Origin: Anolis carolinensis | Lineage: Eukaryota | NCBI RefSeq assembly: GCF_035594765.1 | Contig: NW_026943821.1 | Coordinates: forward strand, 18,259,608-18,323,607 | Direction of reading: 5' to 3' | DNA: 64,000 nucleotides | Part shown: positions 24,133-36,000 of the stretch, in pieces | Numbering within the stretch: the stretch's first letter is position 1 | How the letters are laid out: each line of letters begins with the position of its first letter | Translations under genes and position numbers: made by a program | The notes under the pieces: model-generated | What the model saw: only the letters and a program-made list of their open reading frames with translations | Told to the model about the DNA's origin: nothing | The model's database searches: none

Positions 24133-25208
24133 TTTGCAGTATTTATATTCCGCTCTTCTCACCTCGAAGGGGACTCAGGGTGGATCACATTACACATATA
24201 AGGCAACCATTCGATGCCATAACCATAGAACAGAGACAGAGACAGACGCAGACACGGGTGGGCCTCGAACTCAGAGTGATTTGTTGCAGCTGGCTGCTAA
24301 CCAGCCTGCGCCACAGCCTGGCCTATCAGCTCCAGCTCCATGTGGGGACACGAGAGAAGCCTCCCACAAGGATAGTAAAAACATCAAAACATCCGGGCGT
24401 TCCCTGGGCAACATCCTTGCAGACAGCCAATTCTCTCACACCATGTCACTCCTGACATGAAAACAAAATGGCGAAGTGGTATTATAGTGTTTTATATATG
24501 TATTTTGAACGGCATGGTTCTAAATACTTTAAAAGCAATAAATCATGTTCGATCTGGACAGCTAAGCAGGGTCAGTCCTGGTTAACACTTGGATGGGAAA
24601 CTACCAACAAGGGCCAGGTGCTGTAGGCTATATTTCAGAGGAGGGAAATGGCAAAACTCTTGACTATTATTTCCCTAAAAAAACACCTATAAAATTCATG
24701 GGGGTCACTCTAAGTCAACAGGTAACTTGAAGGCACACACAGGAACTGAACCTGTTTTGAAAAACAATGCAATACCTTGGACAGATCCTTTGGGGTTCAG
24801 GCTAAAAATGAAACCCAGTGACCCCATTCTGCCCTGCCTTGTAAACGGGGACTGACTCCTTCCCTCCATACTGGCCTCCCTTGAACCAAGCCCTGGCTCT
24901 CCCTCTTTTGGGGCACAATGGGACCCCCAACATCTCTTTCGTCCTTCCAGATGAAGAAATCCGGGTCCACCTTTGTGGCCGGCTGCAGCAGAGTTTGCCC
25001 AGGGACGGGCACAGCCTGTGCGATGGGATCCAAGGGCCCTTGCTACCAAGAGTGCTGCTCAGCCAAACCCAGGGCCAGCTGCCTGCGACTGGATGGCAAG
25101 GTCCACCTCAATGGGGCAGGGGTTTTGGGGGCAGCAGCCCTGCCACCACTCCTGGCCCTCCTCAGCCTGACCTTTGCCTTCCCTCCCTTCCTCCTTGGGA
25201 ACAACTGA
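20394..25208 (+). CDS. Uncharacterised secreted/GPI-anchored glycoprotein with two tandem 12-Cys Ly6/uPAR(three-finger)-like domains and a Thr-rich linker, 8 exons, 295 aa
   Basis: Exons 20394-20430, 20532-20594, 20673-20740, 20890-21000, 22964-23129, 23259-23347, 23461-23556, 24951-25208; all GT-AG, phase-compatible, 888 nt with no internal stop. Hydrophobic N-terminus (WILPAQGLLLLFCLAL), duplicated Cys pattern, 7 N-X-S/T sequons, C-terminal NGAG followed by a hydrophobic tail. ATTAAA at 25390. Confidence 0.85.
21123..22900. repeat. A-rich, G-poor minisatellite (27-bp unit ~ACACAAAAATATTCGCATAAAATATAT plus higher-order variants)
   Basis: Visible tandem periodicity; interrupted by a Helitron (21189-21656) and a SINE (~21899-22129). 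Confidence 0.9.
21189..21656 (+). mobile_element. Non-autonomous Helitron
   Basis: 5' TC(TATATATATAAA), subterminal hairpin GCCACAGCAACGCGTGGC at 21626-21643, 3' CTAG; inserted between A and T with no TSD. Confidence 0.85.
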
Positions 25209-25629
25209 GACAGTACTAGTCAAGCACTGGGAAAATGTCCACAAAGCAACCACACCCCCACCCCAGTCAATGAGTATTGGGCCAGCCTTCAGTTGCTTCC
25301 ACTTGCTCCAGTATAACTCATTGAAATGTTTGGGGGTAGGTTTGATTTTAAGTTGCAACTGAATGTACTGAGCAATAGATATAATACACATTAAAATGCT
25401 AAAATATTAGTCACTTATGAACTCCTCTATAAGTCCTTTATTAAACTATGGAATCTGTTAGCAATCTGATATGTTTGAAAGGAGTGGTAGCTTCTTTTGC
25501 TGTAAATAGAAATACATCCACATACCAATTATTGTGCTTATTGTATATATCAGGGTCCCCAAACTAAGGCCCTCCAAGGTCATTTACCTGGCCCCTGGCC
25601 TAAACTTTATACTTAGGGTTGACCTAAGT

Positions 25630-26050
25630 CTACCTGGTCTTTGGAGGTCTCTTTGCTTACCTATGGCCTTATGAGATCGTCTAGATGGTCTTTGAAGATC
25701 TCTTTGCTTAGCTACGGCCTTATGAGACCATCTAGAAGGCTTTTGGAGGTCACTTTCCTTACCTATGGTCATATGAGACCGTCTAGATGGCCTTTGAGGG
25801 TCCCTTAACTTACCTATGGTTTTATGAGATTGTCTAGATGGCCTTTGGGGGACCCCTTTCCTTACTTATGGTCTTATGAAAACATCTGGATGATCTTTGA
25901 GGGTCCCTTTTCTTATCTATGGTCTTCTGATGGCCTGATGAGATCATCTAGATGGCTTTTGAGGGTCCCTTTCCTTACCGATGATCTAATGAGACCATCT
26001 AGATGATCTTTGGAGTTCTCTTTGCTTACCTATGGTCTTATGAGATCATC
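25630..26050. repeat. ~42-bp minisatellite (cttatgagaccatctagatggcctttgagggtccc...ttacctatggt)
   Basis: About ten degenerate tandem units following a hAT-like terminus at 25551. Confidence 0.8.
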
Positions 26051-26119
26051 CATATCATACCTCCATGCATGGACCAATTTGGGCTCATGAGAAAAGGTTG
26101 ATAGGAACTGGTTGGAGCC

Positions 26120-27105
26120 AGAAGGTGGAGCTCCCCAATGCTTCCTCCTTGTCCTGGAAAGAAGTGACGAGTGGAGTGCCATCAGCAGGGCTCCGTCCTG
26201 GTTCTGGTTCTGTTCAACATCTTCATTAATGACTTAGATGAAGGATTAGAAGGCATGATCATCAAGTTTGCAGACAACACCAAATTGGGAGAGAGAGCGA
26301 ATACTCCAGAAGACAGGAGCAGAATTCAAAGCGATCTTAACAGATTAGAGAGATGATGGGCCAAAACTAAAAAAAATGAGTTCAACAGGGACAAAAGCTA
26401 GAATACAGGATAGCAGTACTTGTGAAAAAGATCTTGGAGTCCTCGTGGGGAAAAAGTTAAATATGAGCCAACAATGCAATGTGGTAGCTCAAAAAGCCAG
26501 CGGGATTTTGTCCTGCATCAATAGGAGTCTGGTGTCTAGATCCAGGGAAGTCATGCTCCCCCTCTACTCTACCTTGGTCAGACCACACCTGGAATCACAC
26601 TGTGTCCCATTCTGGGCGCTGCAGGTAAAGGGAGATGTTGTCAAGCTGGAAAGCGTCCAGAGGAGGGCGACAAAAATGATCCAGGGTCTGGAGAACAAGC
26701 CCTATGAGGAGCGGCTTAAAGAGCTGGGCATGTTTAGTCTGCAGAAGAGAAGGCTGAGAGGAGACATGATGAGGGCCATGTATGAAGATGTGAGGGGAAG
26801 TCATAGGGAGGAGGGAGCAAGCTTGTTTTCTGCTGCCCTGGAAACTAGGACGTGAAACAATGGCTTCAAACTACAGAAAAGGAAGGAGATTCTACGTGAA
26901 CATGAGGAAGAACTTCCTAATAGTGAGAGTTGTTCAGCAATGAAACACTCTCTCTGCCTCGGAGTGCGGTGGAGGATCCTTCTTGGGAGACTTTTAAACA
27001 GAGGCTATTTGTCAGGGGTGCTTTGAATGCGATTTTCCTCCTTCTTGGCAGAATGGGGTTGGACTGGATGGCCCACGAGGTTTCTTCCAACTCTAGGATT
27101 CTATG
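26120..27105 (+). mobile_element. CR1 LINE 3' fragment (degenerate reverse transcriptase and 3' tail)
   Basis: GSVL..VLFNIFINDLDEG...KFADNTKL, EKDLGVLV, LYSTLVRPHLE, LFSL.KRRLRGD-type motifs; ATTCTATG tail. Shorter CR1 pieces at ~32520-32745, 39880-40340, 40880-41820, 42390-43010. Confidence 0.92.
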
Positions 27106-27113
27106 ATCAAGTT

Positions 27114-28260
27114 CAGGGGTCCTCAAACTAAGGCCCGGGGGGCGGATGCAGCCCTCCAAGGTCATTCCAGGATCACCCGCAATAAGTGAAAATCCGCAAA
27201 GTAGGTACGCTATATTTATTTTAATATTTATACATTATTTTAGTAGTTATACACTATTTTAAGTCTTTATCAACCAATCATGTGTTGATAAATTGCCTCC
27301 TTCTCCCGTTGACGCTTGGGCTCCTTTTCTCTCCCTTCGGCTTCTTCCTCCCTTCCTTAGGCTGTAAATTGTTATTTTATTATGATTTATAATATTCTTT
27401 TAGAGTTTATTGATAAACCGCAAAATGCGAACCGTGAAGTCGTGAGGGAACACTGTATTACTACTAATAACATGGTATTGTGGTATAGTACAATATAGTG
27501 ATACAGTAGAGTCTCACTTATGCAAGCCTTGCTTATCCAAGCTTCTAGATTATCCAAGGCATTTTTGTAGTCAATGTTTTCAATATATCGTGATACTTTG
27601 GTGCTAAATTCGTAAATACAGTAATTACTATGTAGCATTACTGCGTATTGAACTACTTTTTCTGCCAAATTTGTTGTATAACATGATGTTTTGGTGTTTA
27701 ATTTGTAAAATCATAACCTAATTTGATGTTTAATAGGCTTTTCCTTAATCCCTCCTTATTATCCAACATATTCGCTTATCCAACGTTCTGCCGGCCCGTT
27801 TATGTTGGATAAGTGAGACTCTACTGTATTTGCAAATTTAGCGCCAACTGGGATATAGGGCAGTGTGGACTCAGATAACCCAGTTCAAAGCAGATATTGT
27901 GGGTTATTCTGCTTTGATATTCTGGGTTATACGGCTGTGTGGAAGAGCCCCGAGTGAGACTCTACTGCATTGTGCTATCCTAATAATATAATATATTATA
28001 TGTGCATACAACTTGTAAGCCGCTCTGAGTCCCCTTTGGGGTGAGAGAAGGTGGAGTATAAAGGTAGCAAATAAATAAATAAATAAATAAATAAATAAAT
28101 GATTGTTGTTGGGGTTTTTTTTGCACTACAAATAAGATATATGCAGTGTGTATAGGAATTTGTTCATTGTTGTTTTTTTTTCCTCAAATGATAATTCGGC
28201 CCCTCAACAATCTGAGGGACCATGAACCGGCCCTCCACTTTAAAAGTTTGAGGAGCCCTG
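27114..28260. mobile_element. Non-autonomous hAT element with nested MITEs
   Basis: TIR CAGGGGTCCTCAAACT ... AGTTTGAGGAGCCCTG with perfect 8-bp TSD ATCAAGTT. Confidence 0.88.
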
Positions 28261-28476
28261 ATCAAGTTGGAAGAGACCCCAAGGGCCACCCAGTTATAAA
28301 GGAAGGTACCCCCCAAACCCTCCCGACAGATGGCCATCCAGCCTCTGCTTGATTCTCTCTGTTTGAGTCTCTCTGTCTGTGTGTCGGGGCCGTTCTTCCG
28401 GGGCGGGCTTGGCCTGTCCCGCGCTGACCCTCCTCCCCGGTCTCTCCCTCCTTCCTTCCTTCCTTCCGCCTCCGCC

Positions 28477-31400
28477 ATGGACCAGTCGGGCCCCGTCCAG
28501 GAGGCGCTGGCGCCGGGGGAGCGCTGCCTGGCCGTATCCTTGGTGCCGGGGCAAGGGGGGGGGGGGCAAGGGGGCGTGTCTGTGCGGAGGGGGGGCTTTT
28601 GCCTCTGCTCTTGGCTTCCTTGACGGCTCTCTCCTGGGGCGGCGCCGGCGGCGTTGGAGAGCGGGGAGGGCCGCCTCCTGGGCCTCGTCGAGAGCCGGGG
28701 AAGAACAGCGTAAGATGCGGGGAAAAGCGGGGAAGGCGCCGGGGGTCTCTTCCTCTCCCCTTTCCTTTCACCCGCCCCCTCCCCTTTGCAGGCCCAAAGA
28801 GGACTCAACTTCCAGGCCCCGCCCCCTTTTCCTGAATGGGCGGGGCGTGGACGTGGCCTGGGCCAGCGGTGGCTTCAGGACCAGGAAGAGCTCCTTGGCC
28901 CTGCGGAGAGAAGCAATCCTCTTAGGACAGTATAGGAGCCCCCGGTGGCCAAGGGGATAAAAGCCTCGTAACTTGAAGGTTGGGTTGCTGACCTGAAAGC
29001 TGCCAGGTTCGAATCCCACCCGGGGAGAGTGCGGATGAGCTCCCTCTATCAGCTCCAGCTCCATGCGGGGACATGAGAGAAGCCTCCCACAAGGATGGTA
29101 AAAACATCAAAAACATCCGGGCGTCCCCTGGGCAACGTCCTTGCAGACGGCCAATTCTCTCACTCCAGAAGCAACTCCGGTTGCTCCTGATACGAAATAA
29201 TAAAAATAATAATAATAAAAATCTTAGGACAGTGGTTCCCAACCATTTTTTTGACCAGCATAAGTACAGTAGAGTCTCACTTATTATTTATTTATTATTT
29301 ACTACATTTGTATCCCGCTCTTCTCACTCCGAAGGGGACTTAGAGCGGCTTACAAATCAAATGAACATACAATATATTATTAGCATAGCACAATATAATC
29401 ATTAAATTATATTGTTCTATATCATTATATGGTAATATTATTAGTAATATTACATTTAATATATAATATATAATTAATATTATTATATTGTATTATTAGT
29501 AGAGGGGGCCCCCGGTGGCACAGTGTGTTAAAGCGCTGAGCTGCTGAACTTGCAGACCGAAAGGTCCCAGGTTCAAACCTGGGGAGCGGAGTGAGCACCC
29601 GCTGTTAGCTCCAGCTTCTGCCAACCTAGCAGTTCGAAAACATGTCAATGTGAGTAGATCAATAGGTACCGCTCCAGCGGGAAGGTAACGGCGTTCCATG
29701 CAGTCATGCCGGCCACATGACCTTGGAGGTGTCTATGGATAAGGCTGGCTCTTCGGCTTAGAAATGGAGAGGAGCACCAACCCCCAGAGTCGGACACGAC
29801 TGGACTTAACGTCAGGGGAAACATTTACGTTACCTTTTTTACTATATCATTATATGGTAATATAATTACATTTAGTATATAATATATAATTAATATTATT
29901 ATATTGCATTATTAGTAGTATAATATTGCATTCCATTATAATATTATAATCAATATTATATGTATATACAATATATTATATATTTATAAATTATTATAAA
30001 TTATATATATATAGATGTATATAAAATTAGCATAGCATGTTGCTATGGCACAGGAGACAAGATGGAACGATCTTCCTGGCTCTCAGGTTGGTATGATGTC
30101 TTCCTGGCCCCCTCCTCCTTCTCTTATCCAACATTCCCTTATCCAACGCAGTCTGCCTTTTAGTAGTCAATGTTTTTGTAGTCAATGTTTTCAATACATT
30201 GTGATATTTTGGTGCTAAATTCGTAAATACAGTAATTACCACATAGCATTACTGCGTATTGAACTACTTTTTCTGTCAAATTTGTTGTATAACATGATGT
30301 TTTGGTGCTTAATTTGTAAAATCATAATCTAATTTGATGTTTATTAGGCTTCTCCTTAATCCCTCCTTATTATCCAACATATTCGCTTATCCAACGTTCT
30401 GCTAGCCCGTTTATGTTGGATAAGTGAGACTCTACTGTACCTTTGGACATGAAGATGTATTCATGTTCAATGCCCAACTATGTGATTGCACGTATACCTG
30501 AGATGTTGAATAATATCACGAATCCCATGAGATTGCCTATAATTCAGGCATGGGCAAACTTGGGCCCTGCAGGTGGTTTGGATTTCAACTCCACACAATT
30601 CACAACAGCCTCTAGGCCTACCAATGGCCCACGGCCCACAGGCTGGGAACCACTGCCTTAGGCCAAGAGGGTAAGAGGGGAGGGGATGGTAGGCCTCCCC
30701 TCCATCCGCCCCTTCTCCTCGGCCTCTCCCCCAGGCTCTGTGTCTTCTGTGCCCGCCGCCCGGCCATCTCCGCCCAGGACCTTCGCCTGGAGAGGGTCCT
30801 CCTTCTGCAGGAAGGCTTCTCCCTCGAGGAAGGTAATTGGAACCTGAACAGTGACAGTGTATTTGCTCTGAGAGTTTCAGAGGGCTGTGCCCCACTTTTG
30901 AGATGTCACTCAAGAATCCTTGTCAGGCTCAATGAGTTAACGCAGGCATGGGCAAACTTCGGCCCTCCGGGTGTTTTGGACTTCAACTCCCACAATTCCT
31001 AACAGCCGGTAGGCTGTTAGGAATTGTGGGAGTTGAAGTCCAAAACACCCGGAGGGCCGAAGTTTGCCTATGCCTGGGATTTTAAAACTTGTGTCATGTG
31101 TTTAATCTCTATTATGTGCATTTTAATAGGTGTGTTTCCAAAATTTTTGCAATTATTATTAATATTACTATTTTTGAAATGTACAAGGTGAGTGCTGATG
31201 ATGCCAATGGGGCATGGGAAGGTCTGGCTTATTATCAAGGCCATCGGTGTCCAGCAGGGTGGGTGACGGGGGGGGGGGGGGCTCAGAGCAGGACTCTGGG
31301 ACCACTGACCTTCGCCCTCCTCCCTCTCTCCTGCAGTTGCCTTGGACAGTGAGCCCCCCACCTTGGGTAAGTCACTCCTTTCCCCTGGCATTGGTTGAGA

Positions 31401-32949
31401 GCATTCCCTCAGAAGCACAGGGAGGGCTATCCGCTTCGGAGTCTGGTCCAAACTGCCCTTTCCTAGTTTTACGGAGGGGGTTCACTAAGGAAGTTACTCA
31501 CATGTTGTTTTGACTATATTCAAAGGCCCGGGCTGTGGCACAGGCTGGTGAGCAGCCAGCTGCAGCCAGCTGCAACAAATCACTCTGACCAAGAAGTCAT
31601 GAGTTCGAAGCCAGCTCAGAGCCTGCGTTTGTCTCTGTCTTTGTTCTATGTTAAGGCATTGAATGTTTGCCTTATGTGTGTAATGTGATCCGCCCTGAGT
31701 CCCCTTTGGGGTGAGAAAAGCGGAATATAAATGCTGTAAATAAATAAATAAATAAATATTCCCATTTGCTTTGATAGTTCTAGGAACTTAAAACTGCAGA
31801 CTCAGATTTGTTCATGAGGCTGTAAACAAGGACAGTTAATGTATTTCGAAAAAACAATCACTGTCAGATGTAATTAATCCTGTTTTCCACTGCCATTAAC
31901 AATGCCATGTTAAGGGACAGGAAAAAGATTCAATTTCAGGTTTTGTTGGTCTTGACTTTAGTAGCCAAGGATCTTGCTATTCCTGTTCTTGCTCAGAGAG
32001 GACAGGACACACTTGTTTGTGGGAAGAAGAATAACTAGTAAGATGCCTTGAATATTACTAGGACTTCTTCTCTTCTTTTTTCTCAGGCTCTGATGTGACA
32101 GTGCTGCTCCGCACGAGGGAAACCCCGGCGCTGCTCCTCCGGCTGCCCTTTGGCTCCCAGACCCAGAGCTTCCTGGCCCAGGTCCGCAGGCGATGCCCAC
32201 GAGGAGGAGGAGGAGGAGCAGAAGCAGGTAGGCCGAGGGGTAGGCCAAGGGCTGTCCCCAGAGCAGACCTGGGACAGGGCCTCCCAAGGCCCCCACAAAT
32301 CCCTCCCTCCCACTGCTGTGCTCCTAGGGCTTTCTGGGGATGAAGACCTCGCCCGGAAGGGGAGACCCTCGCTGCCCTCGCCCCCCATTGTCCCAGAGGG
32401 CACTCCCGAAGAGGCCAAGGCTAAGGCTGCAGCAGCTGCTGCTCCTAGGTGAGTAACCTGAGACAGCAGCCTTGTATTTGTGGGCAGAAGGAGGCAGAGG
32501 GGCTTCTGCCATGCCTCTGGCAAAAAGGAGATCCCACCTGAATATTAGGAAGAACTTCCTGACCATAAGAAAAGCTCTTCAGCAGTGGAATTATCTGCCT
32601 TGGAGTGTAGTGGAGGCTCTTTCCTTGGAAGGTTTCAAGCAGGAGGCTGAATGGCCATCTGTAGGGGGTGCTTTGATTGTGCTTTTCCTGCATGGCGAGG
32701 TTGGACTGGATGGCCCATGTGGTCTCTTCCAACTCTGATTCTATGCTCCCCCTTCCTCTTCCCCTTCCTGCTTTCTGCCCCAAGGGCCTCTCTTGAGGCT
32801 CCCATTGGGAGGATGAAGGGAGAACTCTCCAAGGTCCTGAACATGACTGAGTTCAGCAGGAGGAGGATTCCTGAGAGGCTGGGATGAACACGGGGGACCG
32901 CTGGCATCCCATGCCTGGCATCTGACAATCCTCCAGACAACATCATCCC

Positions 32950-33010
<61 letters not shown>

Positions 33011-36000
33011 TTTATTTTTATACCCCACCTCCATCTCCCCAGGGGGACTCGGGGCGGCTTACAGATATAAAACGAACATACAATAATACCAAATATCGAT
33101 ATTGCTTTCCACAGCAACCTTGCAAGGGGGCTTTCATTTGAGAGGGGGGGAAGGTGTGGGGATGCAGAAGGGAATGAGACTCATACTTGGGAAGGGCGTT
33201 GGTTTCTTCTTCCTTAACACAGGGAGGAGGATGCAAGCCTGTTAAGCGAGCAGAGCAGAGCAGAGCACAGCTTTCAGTTCAAGAGCCCTGCAGGTGGGGA
33301 GGGACACAAGCCAAGGGACTTGGACCCATTGGGTTCATCTTTGCAGAGACCTCTCTCTTGCCTCCTCTTCCTCCTCCTCCTTTCTAGGCCCACCAACCCC
33401 AGGAGTGAGGTGACAGGCGCAATGGTGCGCTCCTCTCAGGTGCTGGTGCAGGAGGCGGCGCAAGGGGCACCCGTCCATGCTTTTGGGCTGAGGGAGACTC
33501 TCATCCGCTCCCGACTCCTGCAAAGGGAGGAGGCCTACACCCACCTCCAGAGCTACAGGTGAATATGGGGCACCTCCCACCTGAGTGAGTAGAGAACCTG
33601 GGGAGATCCCAAGGCAGCCTCAGTGCACCTATCTCTCCGTGTTTCCTGACAGGTTTTTTGTCGGTTCCTACAACGTGAATGGCCAGTCGCCCAAAGAGAA
33701 CCTCCAGCCCTGGCTGAGTCAAGACCCTGACCCCCCTGACGTTTACTGTGTGGGGTACGTTAGTCCCCTGCCTACCCCTCCCCCACATAGCCTCGGCCTC
33801 TCACTCTGCCCTGGGCAGTGAGGGAGGTGGCTGGGTGGCAGGGCTCCCTCTGACCCCTTTGGGGTACAGCTTCCAGGAGCTGGACCTGAGCAAGGAAGCC
33901 TTTTTCTTCAATGACACCCCAAAAGAAGAGGAGTGGTTCCGAGCCGTGACAGAGAGCCTTCATCCGGGGGCAAAGTACGCCAAGGTCAGCCGGGCAGGGG
34001 CTGGTTCCTTGGCAGTGGAGGGAGGAGGGACATGTGAGGAAAAGGTTATGCTCAGTCTCCCCCTCCTTGGAAATGCCATTCCCCTCCCAGCACTGGTCTA
34101 CTGTCTGCATGTGTGTGCTGTGCTTTTGCAAAATAGATCAAACTGGTGCGCCTGGTGGGGATCTTGTTGCTGCTGTATGTGAGGACGGAGCTGGCGGCAA
34201 ACATCTCTGAGGTGGAGGCAGAGACAGTTGGCACCGGCATCATGGGGAGGATGGTGAGTAGCCCCCTTCCCAAGTGGCACTAGGCCGGAGAGGGGCAGAG
34301 AAGGAGGCCCCATGGAAGGGGTCCTGCAATGGCTGTCTGGGAGGCAGCCATGGCAGATTGTGTCCCCTCACAGACCAATGCCCCCTCTCCTCAGGACTGC
34401 AGGAATAGCTTTTCCTAGAGGGCCTCCACATCCCATTTGCTGCATGCAACTGAATGGGATCTCCAATCCTGGGGGAGGGCCAGGTTTTGTTTGTCTATCC
34501 CACCAGCTCAAGACTCAGGGCTGGTTCCTCTGCCTTGGTGTCCCATAGCTTCTTGTGTTCTCTTGGAGGGGATGTGGGGGCTGCATTCCCCGCTCAGTCT
34601 CCCCTCCTTCCCTCTCTCCTCTCAGGGCAACAAGGGTGGGGTGGGCATCCGCTTCAAGCTCCACAACACCTCAATCTGCCTGGTCAACGCCCACCTGGCT
34701 GCCCATGCAGAGGAGTGCGAGAGGCGCAACCAGGACTTCCGCGACATCAGTGCCCGCATGCTCTTTGGGCAGCTGGAATCCGGACTCCCTGCCCTCACCA
34801 TCGCCAAGCACGAGTGAGAGGTGGCCGGGGGAGATGGGAGGTGCTCTGCATGGCACTGGGTTCAGGGCTAGCTCCTGCCTGACAGTGTGGCTCACCGAGA
34901 GTCTTCCTGCCTGCTTTGCAGTGTGGTCTTGTGGCTTGGGGACCTGAACTACAGGCTGGAGGAGCAGGATGTGGAGCGGGTCAAGAAGCTGGTGGAAGCC
35001 AGGGACTTCCGCACCCTTCAGCAACATGACCAGGTGGGTACAGGCTGAGGGGCAGCAGCCTTTATTAGGCTGTAGGCCAGTGGACAGGCAGCGGGATACC
35101 TCAATTTTTTGCGGATGACGACACACACTTGTGGGTCCTGCCTTCCACTGGTCTTCAGCAGACTGAAAGGGGCAACAGCTACATCCAGTGTGATTTGTGT
35201 CTGACTTCAGGGCTCATCGAGTTTGGTGTTAGTATGTGTGTATTTTGGAGTAGGGAATAAAACAGTGCTATCAGTAAGTTTAGGGCCCCCGGTGGCACAG
35301 TGTGTTAAAGCACTGAGCTGCTGAACTTGCAGACCTAAAAAGGTGCCAGGTTCAAATCTCGGGAGCGGAATGAGCGCCTGCTGTAAGCCCCAGCTCCTGC
35401 CAACCTAGCAGTTCGAAAACATGCCAGTGCGAGTAGATCAATAGGTACCGCTCCGGCGGGAAGGTAACGGTGCTCCATGCAGTCATGCTGGTCACATGAC
35501 CTTGGAGGTGTCTACGGACAACGCCGGCTCTTCGGCTTAGAAATGGAGATGAGCACCAACCCCCAGTTGGTCACGACTGGACTTAACGTCAGGGGAAAAC
35601 CTTTACCTTTACCTATCAGTAAGTTTGCTTAGTTCTCAAGAGAGGCTGGAAAGAAGGCAAGTTGGTTGGGATACAAAATCTGGCGGCTCTTTCCTCTTCT
35701 TTGCCATTCCCGAGTCCTTGCCTCCAGGTTCTGGGCCTGGGGTGATGCCTTCATGCTTCTGGCATTCCCCAAATGGGGAAGACTGACCTGAAGGACCAGG
35801 AGGGAGGAGGACAAGAAGCCTGAACTCATGGCTGAGGGAGACAGGGGCTTGGCTGGGTCTGTCAGTCACTGAAGATTGTTCATCATTATCCCTTTGCTTC
35901 CCTGATTCCAAGTTGAAGCGTCAAATGGAAGCGAAGGCAGTCTTTGAAGGTTTCACAGAGGGAGAGATTACCTTCCAGCCCACATACAAGTACAATCCAG

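Noticed and set aside
25630-26050. Regularly spaced repeats superficially like a CRISPR array
   Set aside because: Eukaryotic context, degenerate tandem units without unique spacers, no cas genes.
26171-26855. Reverse-transcriptase-like ORFs as a functional gene
   Set aside because: Truncated CR1 remnant with stops and deletions; the catalytic motif reads FADN.
29505-29600. tRNA-like A/B boxes
   Set aside because: They are heads of tRNA-derived SINEs, not tRNA genes.
32785-32850. Possible extra INPP5B linker exon ([16 protein letters not shown]...)
   Set aside because: The acceptor is plausible, but the only phase-compatible donor (GTTCAG) is weak and the flanking exons join in frame without it; needs RNA-seq.
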